The translations under genes were made by a program, and so were the position numbers. Positions 1-13,800 of a DNA stretch of 64,000 nt are shown piece by piece (within the stretch, counting starts at the first letter, position 1; each line of letters opens with the position of its first letter). Origin of the DNA: Tubiluchus corallicola (lineage: Eukaryota; Animalia; Priapulida); NCBI GenBank assembly GCA_030141605.1, contig JAQGDQ010000888.1:1-64000 (forward strand). The letters are read 5' to 3'. Below the pieces are notes generated by a model, which did not search any database, had not been told where the DNA came from, and saw nothing but the letters and a program-made list of their open reading frames with translations.

Positions 1-1114
1 ACACCATATCATCTACACTGTCCGACGTCACTGTCTTCACAAATAGTGATTATGATGGTGACAATGACGAAAACAACAACCACATCAGTTTTACTAGTAG
101 CCAGGAAACTTCATCATGTACATTGTCGTGCCTGGAAGTTCGTCAAAGACAGTTATTTGTGGAATTTACAGAAGTGCAGGGAGGGCCAGATTAAGGTGTG
201 TTGGTGCATAAGCACACCCAGCATCTAGTGCTCCGGCTGTCCTCTGTCCCGCGTCACCACTTGCACATTTCACGGCTCAAAGCATTTGTAATACAGATTA
301 TGCGATATTATGTATAAAACAAACTCCATTGCTTTATGTAGGACTTATGCCATTTAAATTCTTTATTGACTTTCAAATGAAATTTTAGTTAAATAAATCT
401 TCTACAAAAAAGGTATGATGCCTGCCAACAGCAACAAAAAAAAATAGTCAAATCAAACATTAAGGACAACTTAATAGCTGTGATGTTCTCAGTCAGTAGG
501 TGGCAGCACCTGTGTGTGTGTGCAAAAAAAGTTGCATTGACTGGCACAGATTTTGGTGTTCAAAACTGCAAGGTTTGCTAATTTCATCTTAAACTGTACA
601 TCTTAGAGATAACAACAATGAATCAACAGCCTAGTGAAACCTTGCAAAAATATTTTGCACATAGTTGAAACTGTGTGAAATTATAAATACTCTTAGGCCC
701 ATCCACTAGTTATCATTAATGCACGAACATTTTACATGGTTTTGCAAACTACCATTTTGTTGACTCTTGACTTTGTTGAGTACAGGAGCAGACAAAGACA
801 TTTTGGCGATACGGGATCCTTGTTTGTGGCTAGCCCTCTGGTTTGATGGAATCTGCGATGCGTGGACCACCACAAATGGTTTTGGTGCGGTTCTTTGTTT
901 TGGACGTATGTTCAAGGATGGCTGGACCCATGGTACCACGACCCAATGATGCCCATTGATATTGCTGCAGAGACTAAGAATTCTTCTTTGGTAACTATCC
1001 TATCCAATCCAATCCTCCTATTAAACCTGGGTTGGGGTTAACCGAATTTCGTTGTATGTAAGTACAGTAGTGATTTGTAGAGTTATCTTGAAATTGCTAT
1101 TAAATCAATTTTTG

Positions 1115-2407
1115 CATGTTTTATAGAAAAAAGCAATGATGTTTGTTTGTCCACCTGTTCATCCTGGTTATTTCTAAACACAAATGATAATGGCACAAAA
1201 ATAACATCATTTTTAACCAAACTGCTTTACCCTCGTGAAATTTTGGATAAAAACATATGAAAAGGTTTTATAATCTTTCTTTTTATTATTTTTATTCACA
1301 TGTGATAAACTTTGGCACGTTTGGACCAAATAAAAGACAACACTTGTTTCGTATTCCTGGCAAAACTATTTATTCTTTTATATAATACACCACAGAATGT
1401 CGCAAATGGTGCCAGAGGTTGTCACATTTGTTAATGTGCAAACTTTTTAAAGTAATTGCAAAAGGGCACCTCTAACCCTTTCACTATGGAAGGCTGCAAC
1501 TGCCGCACATCTCACAATAAGCGCAGTTACCCAGGTCTGTTTATTTCACTGCTACAGCCAAGCACAAACATTGTAGAAAAGTTTAACAGCCCAGGCATCG
1601 TGGTTGCGTCGCAACAAATAATGCTAACAAGCCAATCAACATCTGAAGCCAGGTGCATTCCATAATACTGTACTGTATAGTATGTTCTCACGCAAAATTG
1701 CTTGTTGATAGTTGATGAAACGTGTTTAGTCATTTGTTCTGCATTCTTGTAAAATAATTGCATATTATGGAATAGTAATATGGACTTCTGTGTAAATTGG
1801 CTTCTAAACATAAGTATGTAAATATTTGTGTGGGTGTGCACATGTGTGCATGCATGAGGGCATATATGTGTGCGCGGATGTGTGTGCATGTGTATAAATG
1901 AAACTAATAATCAATATCAGCATTTAATAAAAAATGGCTATTTGTTTATTTACAATATTCTCTTTTAGTAACATGCCACCAAAAGTTATTGTCAAATGTG
2001 CAAAAGGCAGTGCAGCCCTGTTAAAAGCCACTATGTAGTGAAAGGGTTAGAGGTGCCCTTTTGCAATTACTTTGAAAAAAGTTTGCACATTAACAAATGT
2101 GACAACCTCTGGCACCATTTGCGACATTCTGTGGTGTATTATATAAAAGAATAAATAGTTTTGCCAGGAATACGAAACAAGTGTTGTTTTTATTTGGTCC
2201 AAACGTGCCAAAGTTTATCACATGTGAATAAAAATAATAAAAAGAAAGATTATAAAACCTTTCATATGTTTTTATCCAAAATTTCACGAGGGTAAAGCAG
2301 TTTGGTTAAAAATGATGTTATTTTTGTGCCATTATCATTTGTGTTTAGAAATAACCAGGATGAACAGGTGGACAAACAAACATCATTGCTTTTTTCTATA
2401 AAACATG
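1115..2407. repeat. Large foldback: ~372-bp near-perfect inverted repeat arms around a ~550-bp spacer
   Basis: 1115-1486 (catgttttatagaaaaaagc...ccctttcacta) is the reverse complement of 2036-2407 (tagtgaaaggg...ttctataaaacatg) with very few mismatches. Confidence 0.9.
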
Positions 2408-3568
2408 TAATCCAAGTGTCACTTAACCCTTGACCTTTTCACGATCATCATCAATCGCTGGAACTGTGAAAGGGCTTATTTGTTTGGTGCAAAGTCTCGT
2501 TAGTCCACGGAAATTGAAGATTTTATTTTGCTAAAGCAAGAAAGGTTTTTGGCATGTAGCCAACTGTAGTTTTCATGCTGACTGGCTGCATTATCAAACG
2601 TTTCTTTTGACGAAAAAAGGCTTTTGGTAATGGACAATGCAAATACATTTCCAAAAAATTCACGAATAACAACATTTTCGAAAACAAAATTGTCAAGTGG
2701 TAGTTGTAAAAGTAAATTGCAGTATTTCTGTGAATAAATGTGATACTTATTAGCAATTAATGAATAGCAAATGTTATTTAATGCGGCTATTATTCAGATG
2801 CTGATTTTCAAAATCCTTAATGAACAAACTTTTGTATAAATGCAGTTAAAATCATCTCGGTTTCATTCAGTGCAAGTCCAGGTATAGGTTTTATTCAGTT
2901 CAGGTTTCTTTCCCTATAAGGAAAATTTGCCAAGTTATTTGACTGTAATCCTTTGGCAGTCTTAAATTTGTATTTGTTTCACTATTACTTTTTTTAGCAT
3001 TTGTTGACTTCTCCTTTAATTTTTTACAGAAATTACAGAAACCGTGCTGTCGCTCATTGTTTCTTGTTTTGCTCTGCTATTTTTCTTGCATCAGAGTAAA
3101 TTGCAAAGTCAAAAAAATCTAAATCAAATATAATCGTAGAGGGGAAATTGTCAAGCTTTTGTAACATATAGGAGTTTATATTTTTGATTATCTTAATTGC
3201 ATAATAATGTTGTATATAAAGTGATTTAAAATGTAGAATTTAGAAGTAAATAAGTTTAAATGTCTAATAATTAGACAATCATATCAACTGCAAAACGCAC
3301 AAATACGTGTAAGATTTAAAGTTTATTATCTTTCCTTGCTGCAGTTTTACCATAAAATAATAATAATTAGTCTGGCATTTGTAATTTATTATTACTAAAT
3401 CATATGCAGTAGGGCTTTAATTTCTTACATGGAATTTTTTTGATACAGTAACAAGTTTTGTAAAATTCAACGACACTACACAAGTGTTGTTTAAACGTAC
3501 GTACTGTATTTATTTACTAGATTAAAATAAACTTGTGATTTGCGAATCCTGAAAATGGATTTTTTGCA

Positions 3569-4697
3569 TCATTGACTGATATAGGACACCGTCAACTAAG
3601 TCATTGACTGATATAGGACACCGTCAACTAAGTCATTGACTGATATAGGACACCGTCAACTAAGTCATTGACTGAACACTGTCAACAAAGTCATTGACTG
3701 ATATAGGACACCGTCAACTAAGTCATTGACTGATATAGGACACCGTCAACTAAGTCATTGACTGATATAGGACACCGTCAACTAAGTCATTGGCTGATAT
3801 AGGACACTGTCAACAAAGTCATTGACTGATATAGGACACCGTCAACTAAGTCATTGACTGATATAGGACACCGTCAACTAAGTCATTGACTGATATAGGA
3901 CACCGTCAACTAAGTCATTGGCTGATATAGGACACCGTCAAGTAAGTCATTGACAACACCAACAAGTCATTGACTGATATAGGACACCGTCAACTAAGTC
4001 ATTGACTGATATAGGACACCGTCAACTAAGTCATTGACTGATATAGGACACCGTCAACTAAGTCATTGACTGATATAGGACACCGTCAACTAAGTCATTG
4101 ACTGATATAGGACACCCTCAACTAAGTCATTGACTGATATAGGACACCGTCAACTAAGTCATTGACTGATATAGGACACCGTCAACTAAGTCATTGACTG
4201 ATACAGGACACCGTCAACTAAGTCATTGACTGATACAGGACACCGTCAACTAAGTCATTGACTGATATAGGACACCGTCAACTAAGTCATTGACTGAACA
4301 CTGTCAACAAAGTCATTGACTGATATAGGACACCGTCAACTAAGTCATTGACTGATATAGGACACCGTCAACTAAGTCATTGACTGATATAGGACACCGT
4401 CAACTAAGTCATTGACTGATATAGGACACCGTCAACTAAGTCATTGACTGATATAGGACACCGTCAACTAAGTCATTGACTGATATAGGACACCGTCAAC
4501 TAAGTCATTGACTGATATAGGACACCGTCAACTAAGTCATTGACTGATATAGGACACCGTCAACTAAGTCATTGACTGATACAGGACACTGTCAACTAAG
4601 TCATTGACTGATATAGGACACCGTCAACTAAGTCATTGACTGATATAGGACACCGTCAACTAAGTCATTGACTGATATAGGACACGGTCAACTAAGA
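3569..4697. repeat. 32-bp minisatellite, ~35 copies
   Basis: Unit gtcattgactgatataggacaccgtcaactaa, period 32, with an internal ttgac/gtcaa inverted repeat; no unique spacers. Confidence 0.95.
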
Positions 4698-4810
4698 CTT
4701 GGCAAAAAACTGAAATACAACGTTTACTGATACATAATCTGTAGTGCAGACAGTTGCTGATTTCCCCAGTTAAAATTAGAAGTTGTAATTTTAGAAAATC
4801 CAGACAACAG

Positions 4811-5686
4811 TGTTATGGAGATCACTGGCATCTATTAGAATTAAATAGAACATTGTAGAATGTTCCATTAGAATAATCGTCTTACCTTGTAGAATGTTCC
4901 GTTAGAATAATCGTCTTACCTTGTAGAATGTTCCGTTAGAATAATCGTCTTACCTTGTAGAATGTTCCGTTAGAATAATCGTCTTACCTTGTAGAATGTT
5001 CTAGAACGACTCGTCTAGAATGTTCCCTGGCACGCTATATAAGGCGAAGCAGGCCGCTGAGACACACGCAGATTCACACGGACGCCACTAACACATTCTC
5101 TTGTATACTTTTCACGTTTACTGTAAACATTTCGCGTTCCTTCATACTTTTGTGTTGTAGAATTCTCGCTTAATAAACTACAGTCTAGCCTCGTTATCTC
5201 GCCGTTCGTTATGCCGCCAAACTCGTCTCTCGCCATAGAAAGTACCAGGACGGATTTCCTGCTTTGATATTTACCTCGTTAAGTCGCCACCCTCGCTTCT
5301 CCCCCCCACCACAAACAAAACAACATATGTCGCCAAACAGACAAACTCAGAGGTGAATCGATCAATACATATACCGCGTGTCGATCAATATAACCGCGGT
5401 ATGTAGACAATGCTGCTGTACTCGATAGACAGACGTAATTAATCTAGTGTGTGTCTCACCAGGATTAGATTAGAGCAACCAAAAAACCAAAACAAAACAC
5501 ATGTTAATCAGCTATTATGTATATACATGTATTCGTTATATTCCCGTTATCTCGCCATACTCGCCTCTCACCAAAAATTTGCCATAGACGGACAGTGGCG
5601 AGATAACGAGGCTAGACTGTAGTTTAATTTGACGAAGTGTTTTCTGGTTTTTTCTACGAGCCTTCCGAGAGAAACAAAACACAACA
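4811..5686 (+). mobile_element. Solo-LTR-like element carrying a nested MITE
   Basis: TGTT...AACA termini, TATA-like ctatataagg (~5035), AATAAA (~5172), internal 42-bp tandem repeat; flanks AACAG/AAGAG (imperfect 5-bp TSD); second copy at 17528-17897 on the minus strand. Confidence 0.65.
5181..5619. mobile_element. Tc1/mariner-type MITE
   Basis: TIRs cagtctagcctcgttatctcgcc / ggcgagataacgaggctagactg with TA on both sides; the empty site (single TA) is visible in the paralogous element near 17590. Confidence 0.9.
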
Positions 5687-6658
5687 AAGAGACCACAAGG
5701 ACAAACAATAATTATTAAAAAGAACACTTATTATCACAGATAAGTCAAGAATACTAGTTGCCGTGAATTCAAGCGTTCAGTCCATAGAATCTATTCTTCT
5801 TTCACATTCAAGTGCAAGTTATGTGTGATTTTGAAGTCTGTAAATGTGCAAATGCATTAGACATGCAGTGTGTTGCTTCAATTCAATTCAAAATGTGCAT
5901 TTATTTCCATATTCCTGATATAACTGAGGCAAGTAAATGTATTTAATTAGCAATGGAAATAGGATGGCGAAAGACCAAGAAGGTAAACTAGTCAAGCCAT
6001 CCTTCAATGGATGTATGTGATTATTGGAATGACACTGTAGCTATTTCACTCACGAATAGTATTTAAATTACATTATTACTACAGTAGTTTACTTAGCAAC
6101 TTGATCTGTTTAAAATTCACTAATCAACTTTAAATAACTGAAGGATGAAAATGCAATCAAAGATATCTAAACATAGAGGAAAATGATGAAGAAAAAGCAA
6201 TGGTAAGTAAAAGCCAAATAATGTGGTACAAATGAATATAAAAATGATCAAAATTCAAGCTGTCATACTGTCCATGTATAACTCAAAATGAGAAAAACAT
6301 GCAAAATAATAACAATAATATTAAATAAAAAATAAATTAAATGAAGTGAAAAGTAAGCTAGCCAAACAGAAATTTAAATAAACTTTCAAATAGGGAACTG
6401 AATCAAACTGCAAAATATGTGCATTAAAATAATAACAAACGTGTCTGATTAATAAACAAAACAAAAGAAAAACAAATAAGATCAGCTAAGTTTGTGATTG
6501 TAATTCATGCAGTCGTATCCTAATAAATACACGAATATGATATTTTCCTAGATAATAAACTTGTGACAGATTTTTTCTATCATAAAGCACTATTATGCTT
6601 TTAAATTTAGAATGAGTTGAAATAGCCAGTTGCTTTTGCACTAGTTTTTCGTACAGCT

Positions 6659-7150
6659 CAAGAGTACATTGACCAGAGTGCATTGATGTATGGAGTTACA
6701 TAAAGGTATGGACATACGGGGCTAGAGTACATTGACCAGAGTGCAATGAAGGATTGCGTTACATAAAGGTATGGACATACGGGGCAAGAGTACATTGACC
6801 AGAGTGCAATGATGTATGGAGTTACATAAAGGTATGGACATACGGGGCAAGTGTACATTGACCAGAGTGCAATGATGTATGGAGTTACATAAAGGTATGG
6901 ACATACGGGGCAAGAGTACATTGACCAGAGTGCAATGATGTATGGAGTTACATAAAGGTATGGACATACGGGGCAAGAGTACATTGACCAGAGTGCAATG
7001 ATGTATGGAGTTACATAAAGGTATGGACATACGGGGCAAGAGTACATTGACCAGAGTGCAATGATGTATGGAGTTACATAAAGGTATGGACATACGGGGC
7101 AAGAGTACATTGACCAGAGTGCAAAGATGTATGGAGTTACATAAAGGTAT
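6659..7150. repeat. 63-bp minisatellite, ~8 copies
   Basis: Period 63 (caagagtacattgaccagagtgcaatgatg...); explains the repetitive ORFs 6658-7110 and 6722-7294. Confidence 0.95.
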
Positions 7151-8044
7151 GCAGACCAATGGACATACGCGGCAATTAAACGACAGCGCGTCAGGTGAGA
7201 GTATCGTCACGTGACAGGTGAGTTGTTTTAGCTTGAAGAAAGAATGTATCAGATGAAAAAACATGCATTTCTGTAAGCCGTGATACACTAACATTAAGAA
7301 TCAAAGTTGAATAAGTTTATCTCGTGTTTGTAGGGCACAATTATGGAATTTTTACATTGCAGACATAAAGGTTAGCTGCCAGACGTATTTGGTCATAGCA
7401 TAATATTGTTAAATGTTTTATGCTGGTAAAGCAATATTACTACTAAAATCACTCATTGTTCAATAATTTGTTGAATAAATGAGAACAATGGCGTTTAGTA
7501 GTATAACATGTGATTATGTTCTTCTTTGGGTTACGATATGATGCAGGGTTATAGAAAGGGGCACCATCAACAAAAAGTTGGGAACTACTGGTATAGAACA
7601 TTATGTACTAATTATGTATTTAATAGAAACTTAATAGGTAACGAATAAGCAGATCAGTAGAAAAGAAATTGATACAGTAAATTATGCACTAATTATGTAT
7701 TTACAAAAAGCCAAATAGGTAATGATTAAGTAGACCTGTAGAAAAATCTACTGTATCGGTTTCCTTTCTACTGGTCTGCATATTCATTACCTATTAGAGT
7801 TTTCGTAAATACATAATTAGCGCATTACTGTAGACTCTGCCTATACAAACTGATTGTATTTTTACCACTGATAATGACAGCAATAGCTCTGTCAAAATGC
7901 TTGACATGATTTTTAAATATGTAAATTAAAATTTTTAATACAGTTGTGGTGTTTTAAATATAATTGTTTTATGGTGGTTTTTAAAGTATACTTACATCCC
8001 TAAATTGGCTCTAATTGAGTGACTGTTTTTAATTTTAGCTGATC

Positions 8045-8197
8045 ATGACAAGTTTATATATTTCCATCGTACTATTATTACTCATCGTCTGTAGTTCTGG
8101 TAGACATTTTGAGAATCCACACGAGTTGCTTGATACTTGCCTATTAGGAAAAAACCATAAATCACAACCAGGACCAGAAGATGATTTATTTGGTCAG
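8045..8197 (+). CDS. FOLR: Folate receptor family gene, first coding exon copy A (signal peptide + N-terminus)
   Basis: MTSLYISIVLLLLIVCSSGRHFENPHELLDTCLLGKNHKSQPGPEDDLFGQ matches the folate-receptor C-x5-HK-x2-PGPED-L-x2-Q motif; AG acceptor 8037-38, GT donor 8198, phase 0. Confidence 0.8.
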
Positions 8198-8829
8198 GTA
8201 GGTACTGCAACACAGTTAATCAGAAATTGAAATGGTTTTGTATTAATTCAATGCTTTAGTAAATAAGTGGCACTGCTTGATTCGTTTCCATGAGTCATTT
8301 TCCACTATTTAACAGAATTTCTAAAGGAAATCATTGCAAGAACAACAATGTTACCTTTGTATTCTAAAAACACATTTTTGGCTCACCTGTTATTTTAATT
8401 TTTTTCCTTGTATTCTAAATTTACCCAATTTCACTGCTATCCTGATTTGTGAGTTGTTCATTACGTTTCCAAGTGTTTTCTGTGTTTCTGCAAATTTCAT
8501 TGCTTGATTGGTGTCAGTGTTATCATTGAATTTTAATAGTCCTAGTATTACTTTTTTAAAGTCATGAGTCCTATTATATATCCAGTTTAAAAAGGTTACT
8601 GTATACCAAAGAACTAAGATATACAATGTGAAAAGGTGTTGGCAAAACTGCCACTTTTTTCATTCATTGAATGACTCATGCGTCCAGTTACATGATTCTG
8701 TTCACCTCCCTATGCCAGGACTCCCTACTCGCTGCAATGCCCCAAATGCATTTATCTCTAAGGATCAATGCTGAAGTGGGTAAACTGTTCTGTATCTAAA
8801 TCAAATTATTAATGTTAATACCTCTCCTC

Positions 8830-9060
8830 CTGCAGTTTTTTTAGCTGGTTCTATGGGTTTGTTGAAGAGCTATTTTTACTGGATTATCATCATATGCCTA
8901 ATCCATGTTAAACGGCGTCTTTTTATTTTTCTTGTCCAAGATTCTTCTTTTATTTTTTCATATAGATCTTTGTTTGAAAGTTTCTTTGGCCATCTAATAC
9001 CCAAAATGTTTCTGTAATTTCGCCTTTGAAACGCATCGATTTCGGCTTTATGAAAATGTA
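8830..9060 (-). mobile_element. Degenerate non-LTR retrotransposon ORF2 C-terminal fragment
   Basis: Minus-strand peptide EIDAFQRRNYRNILGIRWPKKLSNKDLY...IKRRRLTWIRH resembles the post-RT region of RTE-like LINEs. Confidence 0.7.
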
Positions 9061-10668
9061 ATGCTGAAAATGTAACGCCTCGTCGTTGGCCCGTTTGAAA
9101 CAATGAGGGGAAACCTTAGTGAGCACAAACAATAAAATGTAAACCATAGATAAGAATGCCAATACACAGGAGGGTAGTGTGTGTGCGGGAAGGAAAGAAT
9201 GTGGTAACACTTCTGTTCATCTCTGTGTGCCAATATCATTCACTCCTCTGAAACACATCTTGTTTAAATTTGTTTTAATGTACGCATGTAATGGTAATAT
9301 GTATAGAAGCTATGTAAATACACTGTGGTGCTCCTAGTGACCTTTGCTCCTTCATAATTTTATGTACGTGAGAACCGCACATCAAGATGTTTTAAGCTTA
9401 ACTGCATTCAAGAGAACATATTTATTGCTGTTATAAATACTAAGGTACGCAACTACTATCAGTATTATTATTTTAATAATGGCAGCAGTGCCTTTACTGT
9501 TATCAATCATTATTTTTATCTGTGTTACGAAATTCACAACCGATGAACAGTTTACACGAAGATCAAGTGTTTGTTAGTATAACCTACAACGTGGTTTGCT
9601 TCATTCTATCAGATTGCTGCCTTTCATTAATTTTGGATTCGTTTTTGAAATTATATTTCAATTTTTTATGTAGTTAGGAACAACACAACTTTGTTTAAAA
9701 CTTTTACATTAAAAAGTTAAAATCATGCCAAACGTTTCGACTAGCTGCTGCTGTCATCACCAGTTGTAAATTTAGAAACATACAACCAGTTTATATAGGC
9801 AGAGCCTATTATGCACTAATTAAGTAGTTAACAGAAGCCAAATAGGTAATGAATGAGTAGACCAGTAAAGCAATTTAAAGTAAGAATTTGTGGACATTTG
9901 CGTATTTCGTGTAGAACTGGCAAAAAAATTAAAAAATTCTCCTCAATCCAGCATTAATGGCCATATTTGTGCCTCTGGCCACAAAGCCGATTTTCATCAT
10001 CTCAGCATTGTGACCAGAGCTGCAAAAACTGGGACTTGTTAATAAAAGAAACTCTATCTATGTACTCTAATAAGCCTTCTCTTAATGTACAAAACAGCTC
10101 AATTCCTTTAACTTTATTTTCAAATACTTAGCTACTTGTTACTGTATCAATTTCTTTTCATCAGCTCTGCTTAATCATTACCTATTTGGCTTTTGTAAAT
10201 ACATAATTAGTGCTTAAGTTACTGTATCAATTTCTTTACTGGTCTACTTATTCATTGCCTATTTGGCTTTTGTAAATACATAATTAGTGCTTAAGTTACT
10301 GTATCAATTTCTTTACTGGTCTACTTATTCATTGCCTATTTTGCTTTTGTAAATACATAATTAGTGCATAATGAGCTCTGCCAACATAAACTGGTTGTAT
10401 GTTTGTAAATTTACTACTGATGATGACTGCAGCAGCCTGTCGAAGTGTTCGGCACGATTTCAACTTTTTAATGTAAAAGTTTTAATAAAGTTATGTTGTT
10501 TTAACTATAAAGGTTTTTATGTTTTTTGTTTTATATTCTGCTCACACAAGATTCAGTTGATCGTGAAGAATTTCTACAATTACAATAAATAAAGTTGCTA
10601 ATTTTGTTTGGTAACGAACACATTTTGGAAAATATGCTAAAAAGGCATTTTTTTAATTTTAGCCAATC

Positions 10669-10821
10669 ATGACAGGTTTCTATATTTCTATCCTGCTATT
10701 ATTACTCATCGCCTGCAGTTCTGGTAGAGATTTTGACGATCCAGAAGAGTTGCTTGATATTTGCTTATTAGGGAGACATCATAAAACAGAACCAGGGCCA
10801 GAAGATGATTTATTTGGTCAG
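10669..10821 (+). CDS. FOLR: FOLR-like first coding exon copy B
   Basis: MTGFYISILLLLLIACSSGRDFDDPEELLDICLLGRHHKTEPGPEDDLFGQ; AG 10661-62, GT 10822. Confidence 0.88.
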
Positions 10822-13800
10822 GTACCCACTGCAAAATGCTGACTCGGAGCTTTAAGCTGTTTTTGTATTATAATTATGCACTATATTGTTCAATACTGTA
10901 CGACTAAATTTAACTTTTTATATGCTTTTATTTTATTTACCTGACTAATAAATGATTTAACTTCGTTTTTATTTAAAACGTAAAATACAAAGATGATAAA
11001 GCAATGGATTTTGTAAATACAGTAGTCATTACTTGTATTTTTTTACAAAATTTGTTCACATGTGTATTCGGCTGCCCGTTGATTATTGTTTGCCGCTCTA
11101 AGCGCTGCTAGCGCCATCTATCCACTAAAAATACAAACTCATACAATAAAAATGGTAAATATTTTACGGAATTTCCAAAGAAACTTGTTAAAAGAACAAT
11201 ATTATCAGCAACTTTTTTTACCTTATCTGTGTTATTTATGTTCCACTGAAATACACTGTTATTAAATGTAATTTTATAAGAAGAGCGACGATATTATTAA
11301 TAATTTTTTATTGATATTTATCTGTGTTATCAGCGTCATTATTATCATTGTTATTTAGGCAAGGTATTGATTGTGTGTCTAATATGTTGCTGATGCTATC
11401 GTGGAAACCAATATCATCTGCATTATCTCTGGTATTATTCAAGATTTCACAGCTGCTTTTGGAGTTTATTACCCGTTGTTATCAATTGCTATTACCCGAT
11501 TACCCAGTTAATAAGATCTAGGCAGCATCGGAGGCATTCTGTAATTTGCTGACTAGATCACTGGAGCCAAATAAACAAGAAATTTACAAAGCAAACATAT
11601 CAAGTGAAACTTTAGAGAATAAAAGCAAAATAAGATCAAAAGTGAAAAGTCTCTGTTTGCAAGGATGTGAAGTATTGTTCAACTAAGCACGACACTTTTC
11701 TACATAGAAAGTGAAAAGTCTCTGTTTGTAAGGATGCCAAGCATTGTTGAGCTAAGTGTGACATTTTCCTACATAGAAAGTGAAAAGTCTCTGTTTATAA
11801 GGATGCCAAGCGTTGTTGAACTAAGCTTAAAACTTTCCTACATAGCATAGAAAGTGAAAAGTCTCTGTTTGCAAGGATGTGAAATATTGTTCAACTAAGC
11901 ATGACACTTTTATACATAGAAAGTGAAAAGTCTCTGTTTGTAAGGATGCCAAGCGTTGTTAAACTAAGCGTAACATTTTCCTACATAGAAATGAAAAATC
12001 TCTGTTTGTAAGGATGCCAAATGTTATTGAACTAAGCTTAAAACTTTCCTACATAGGAAGTGAAGGTCTCCGTAAGGATTTGTTGAAGGTTCAATTTGTT
12101 TATCAAATTAATTCAAAAACACAACTGCATTAGCATGGTGTCCTTTGGCAGTGACATGTGCTTATCGTCGTATACACAATCGCATTATGTAGAAAAGGGT
12201 CTTTCACTTGATGCTGACAGTGACAGAGCTTAGGATGCTAGAGGAATTTTAGAGTCCACTGTGATAAAGTTTGGCAAACCGGTTAAAAAAATAACTGGTT
12301 AGCCAGTCCAAGCACACTTTTGATTCACTGTTTTTAACATTATGAATGTTATCTGTGATTTCAAGATGTGTGGCAGACTTCAATGTAATTCAACTTTGTC
12401 CTGTCACTTGTCTTTTTATCGAATTAAAAAAATACAGAGTTATAATATAATAGAGCACTACACATACTCAATGATGACATGATTGATTAAAACTTCCCAA
12501 ACACACATCTGTGCCGCTCATTTCTAGCAGTAAACTCGTTCGCAATTTCCTTCAGGTCGAGAGCGTCTGTTCTATCCATATGTACATGCAAAGTCATGAG
12601 ATTGTTCAGTCTAGTTTGAGTCATCGTACTCCGCAAATAAGTTTTTACTCTACGCATGGCTGAGAATGTCTAGGCACGTATGGCAGAAAAAGTGGTCCGG
12701 CCATGGCCGGACCGCCGACTACGGCCTTGTATATTAGCATTGTCCTGCTAAATTTAGTTTTACCCCTTTAGCTGTCATCAGTCATGTACGTGGCCAAGTA
12801 GTTAGCCAGCTAGGTATTTTATCTGGCATGCAATTCAACTCGATATGAAGTGAAATTTGTAAATTGATTTAAGCGCCAAAACTCAGGGAGTCCACAGTCT
12901 AATTATATTTGTTGTAACTGCTTTATACAAATTGGGCTATTTCGCTCTTTGTATAATTATAAATAATTTTTTGTATAAATAGGACTTTTTTGTATAATTA
13001 CAATCGAAAATTGTGTAATCTAATTTAGTAATTTACTAGTAATAAATAATCAAACTTATATTTTTGCTAAAAGCTCATTGCTGTAATCCATTATTACAGA
13101 TAAAACGACAATTGCTGCATATTAAACATATTTAAATGTACTGGTTTTTTTATCTGTGTTATACATGATTTCAGTGTGTCCCGTGGAAGGATCACGCATG
13201 TTGTACACACAACGTAACCGAAGAGTTCCACACGAGTCCAGACTGGTACGGTTTCAACTGGCATCACTGCGGAATACCGCTTAGCACAAAGTGTGAAGAA
13301 CATTTTATGCAAGACTTGTGTTTTTATGAATGTTCCCCAAACGTTGGACCATGGTTTGTGGATGTAAGTAGTAGTTATGTGCATTTATAATAGAGTCACA
13401 CCGCGCCCAGACTGAGTCTTTGTCGTTTTATGACAACAGAAAGGAACACATATTTACAAGGCCCAAGGCTGGCGCTATGAAGTGCGGGGCCCTCTACCAC
13501 ACGCTGCAAAACAGTGTAAACATTTTGGACACATTCTAACATACAACACATGTAGATATCATTATGTTTTCTTCTGAACAGTCTATTATTATATTTTTTT
13601 GGGGGACAAACCATTTTTAATCCATTTTTGGGACAAACAAATGTCCGGAGTTTCATTTTATATGACATCTTCATATTGCAAGTTTTATGTTATTTAAGTT
13701 CATTAACAGCTCTCTTCTGTGTTGAGGTTTTGAATATCGTTCATAAATTAGTAAAATTAAAATCCAGTGACGATCTAACTAATGCATATAGGGTACGCCA

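Noticed and set aside
46-290. Cys-rich peptide interrupted by a stop, vaguely like a transposase C-terminal domain
   Set aside because: Too short and degenerate to assign without a database search.
3569-4697. 32-bp partially palindromic repeat resembling a CRISPR array
   Set aside because: Units abut directly with no unique spacers, there are no cas genes, and the context is a eukaryotic intron-containing genome.
6658-7294. Cys-rich repetitive ORFs
   Set aside because: 63-bp tandem repeat translations.
11636-12078. Repeated gaaagtgaaa (IRF-like) motif in a tandem array
   Set aside because: Multiplicity follows from tandem duplication of a single chance match; no independent support.
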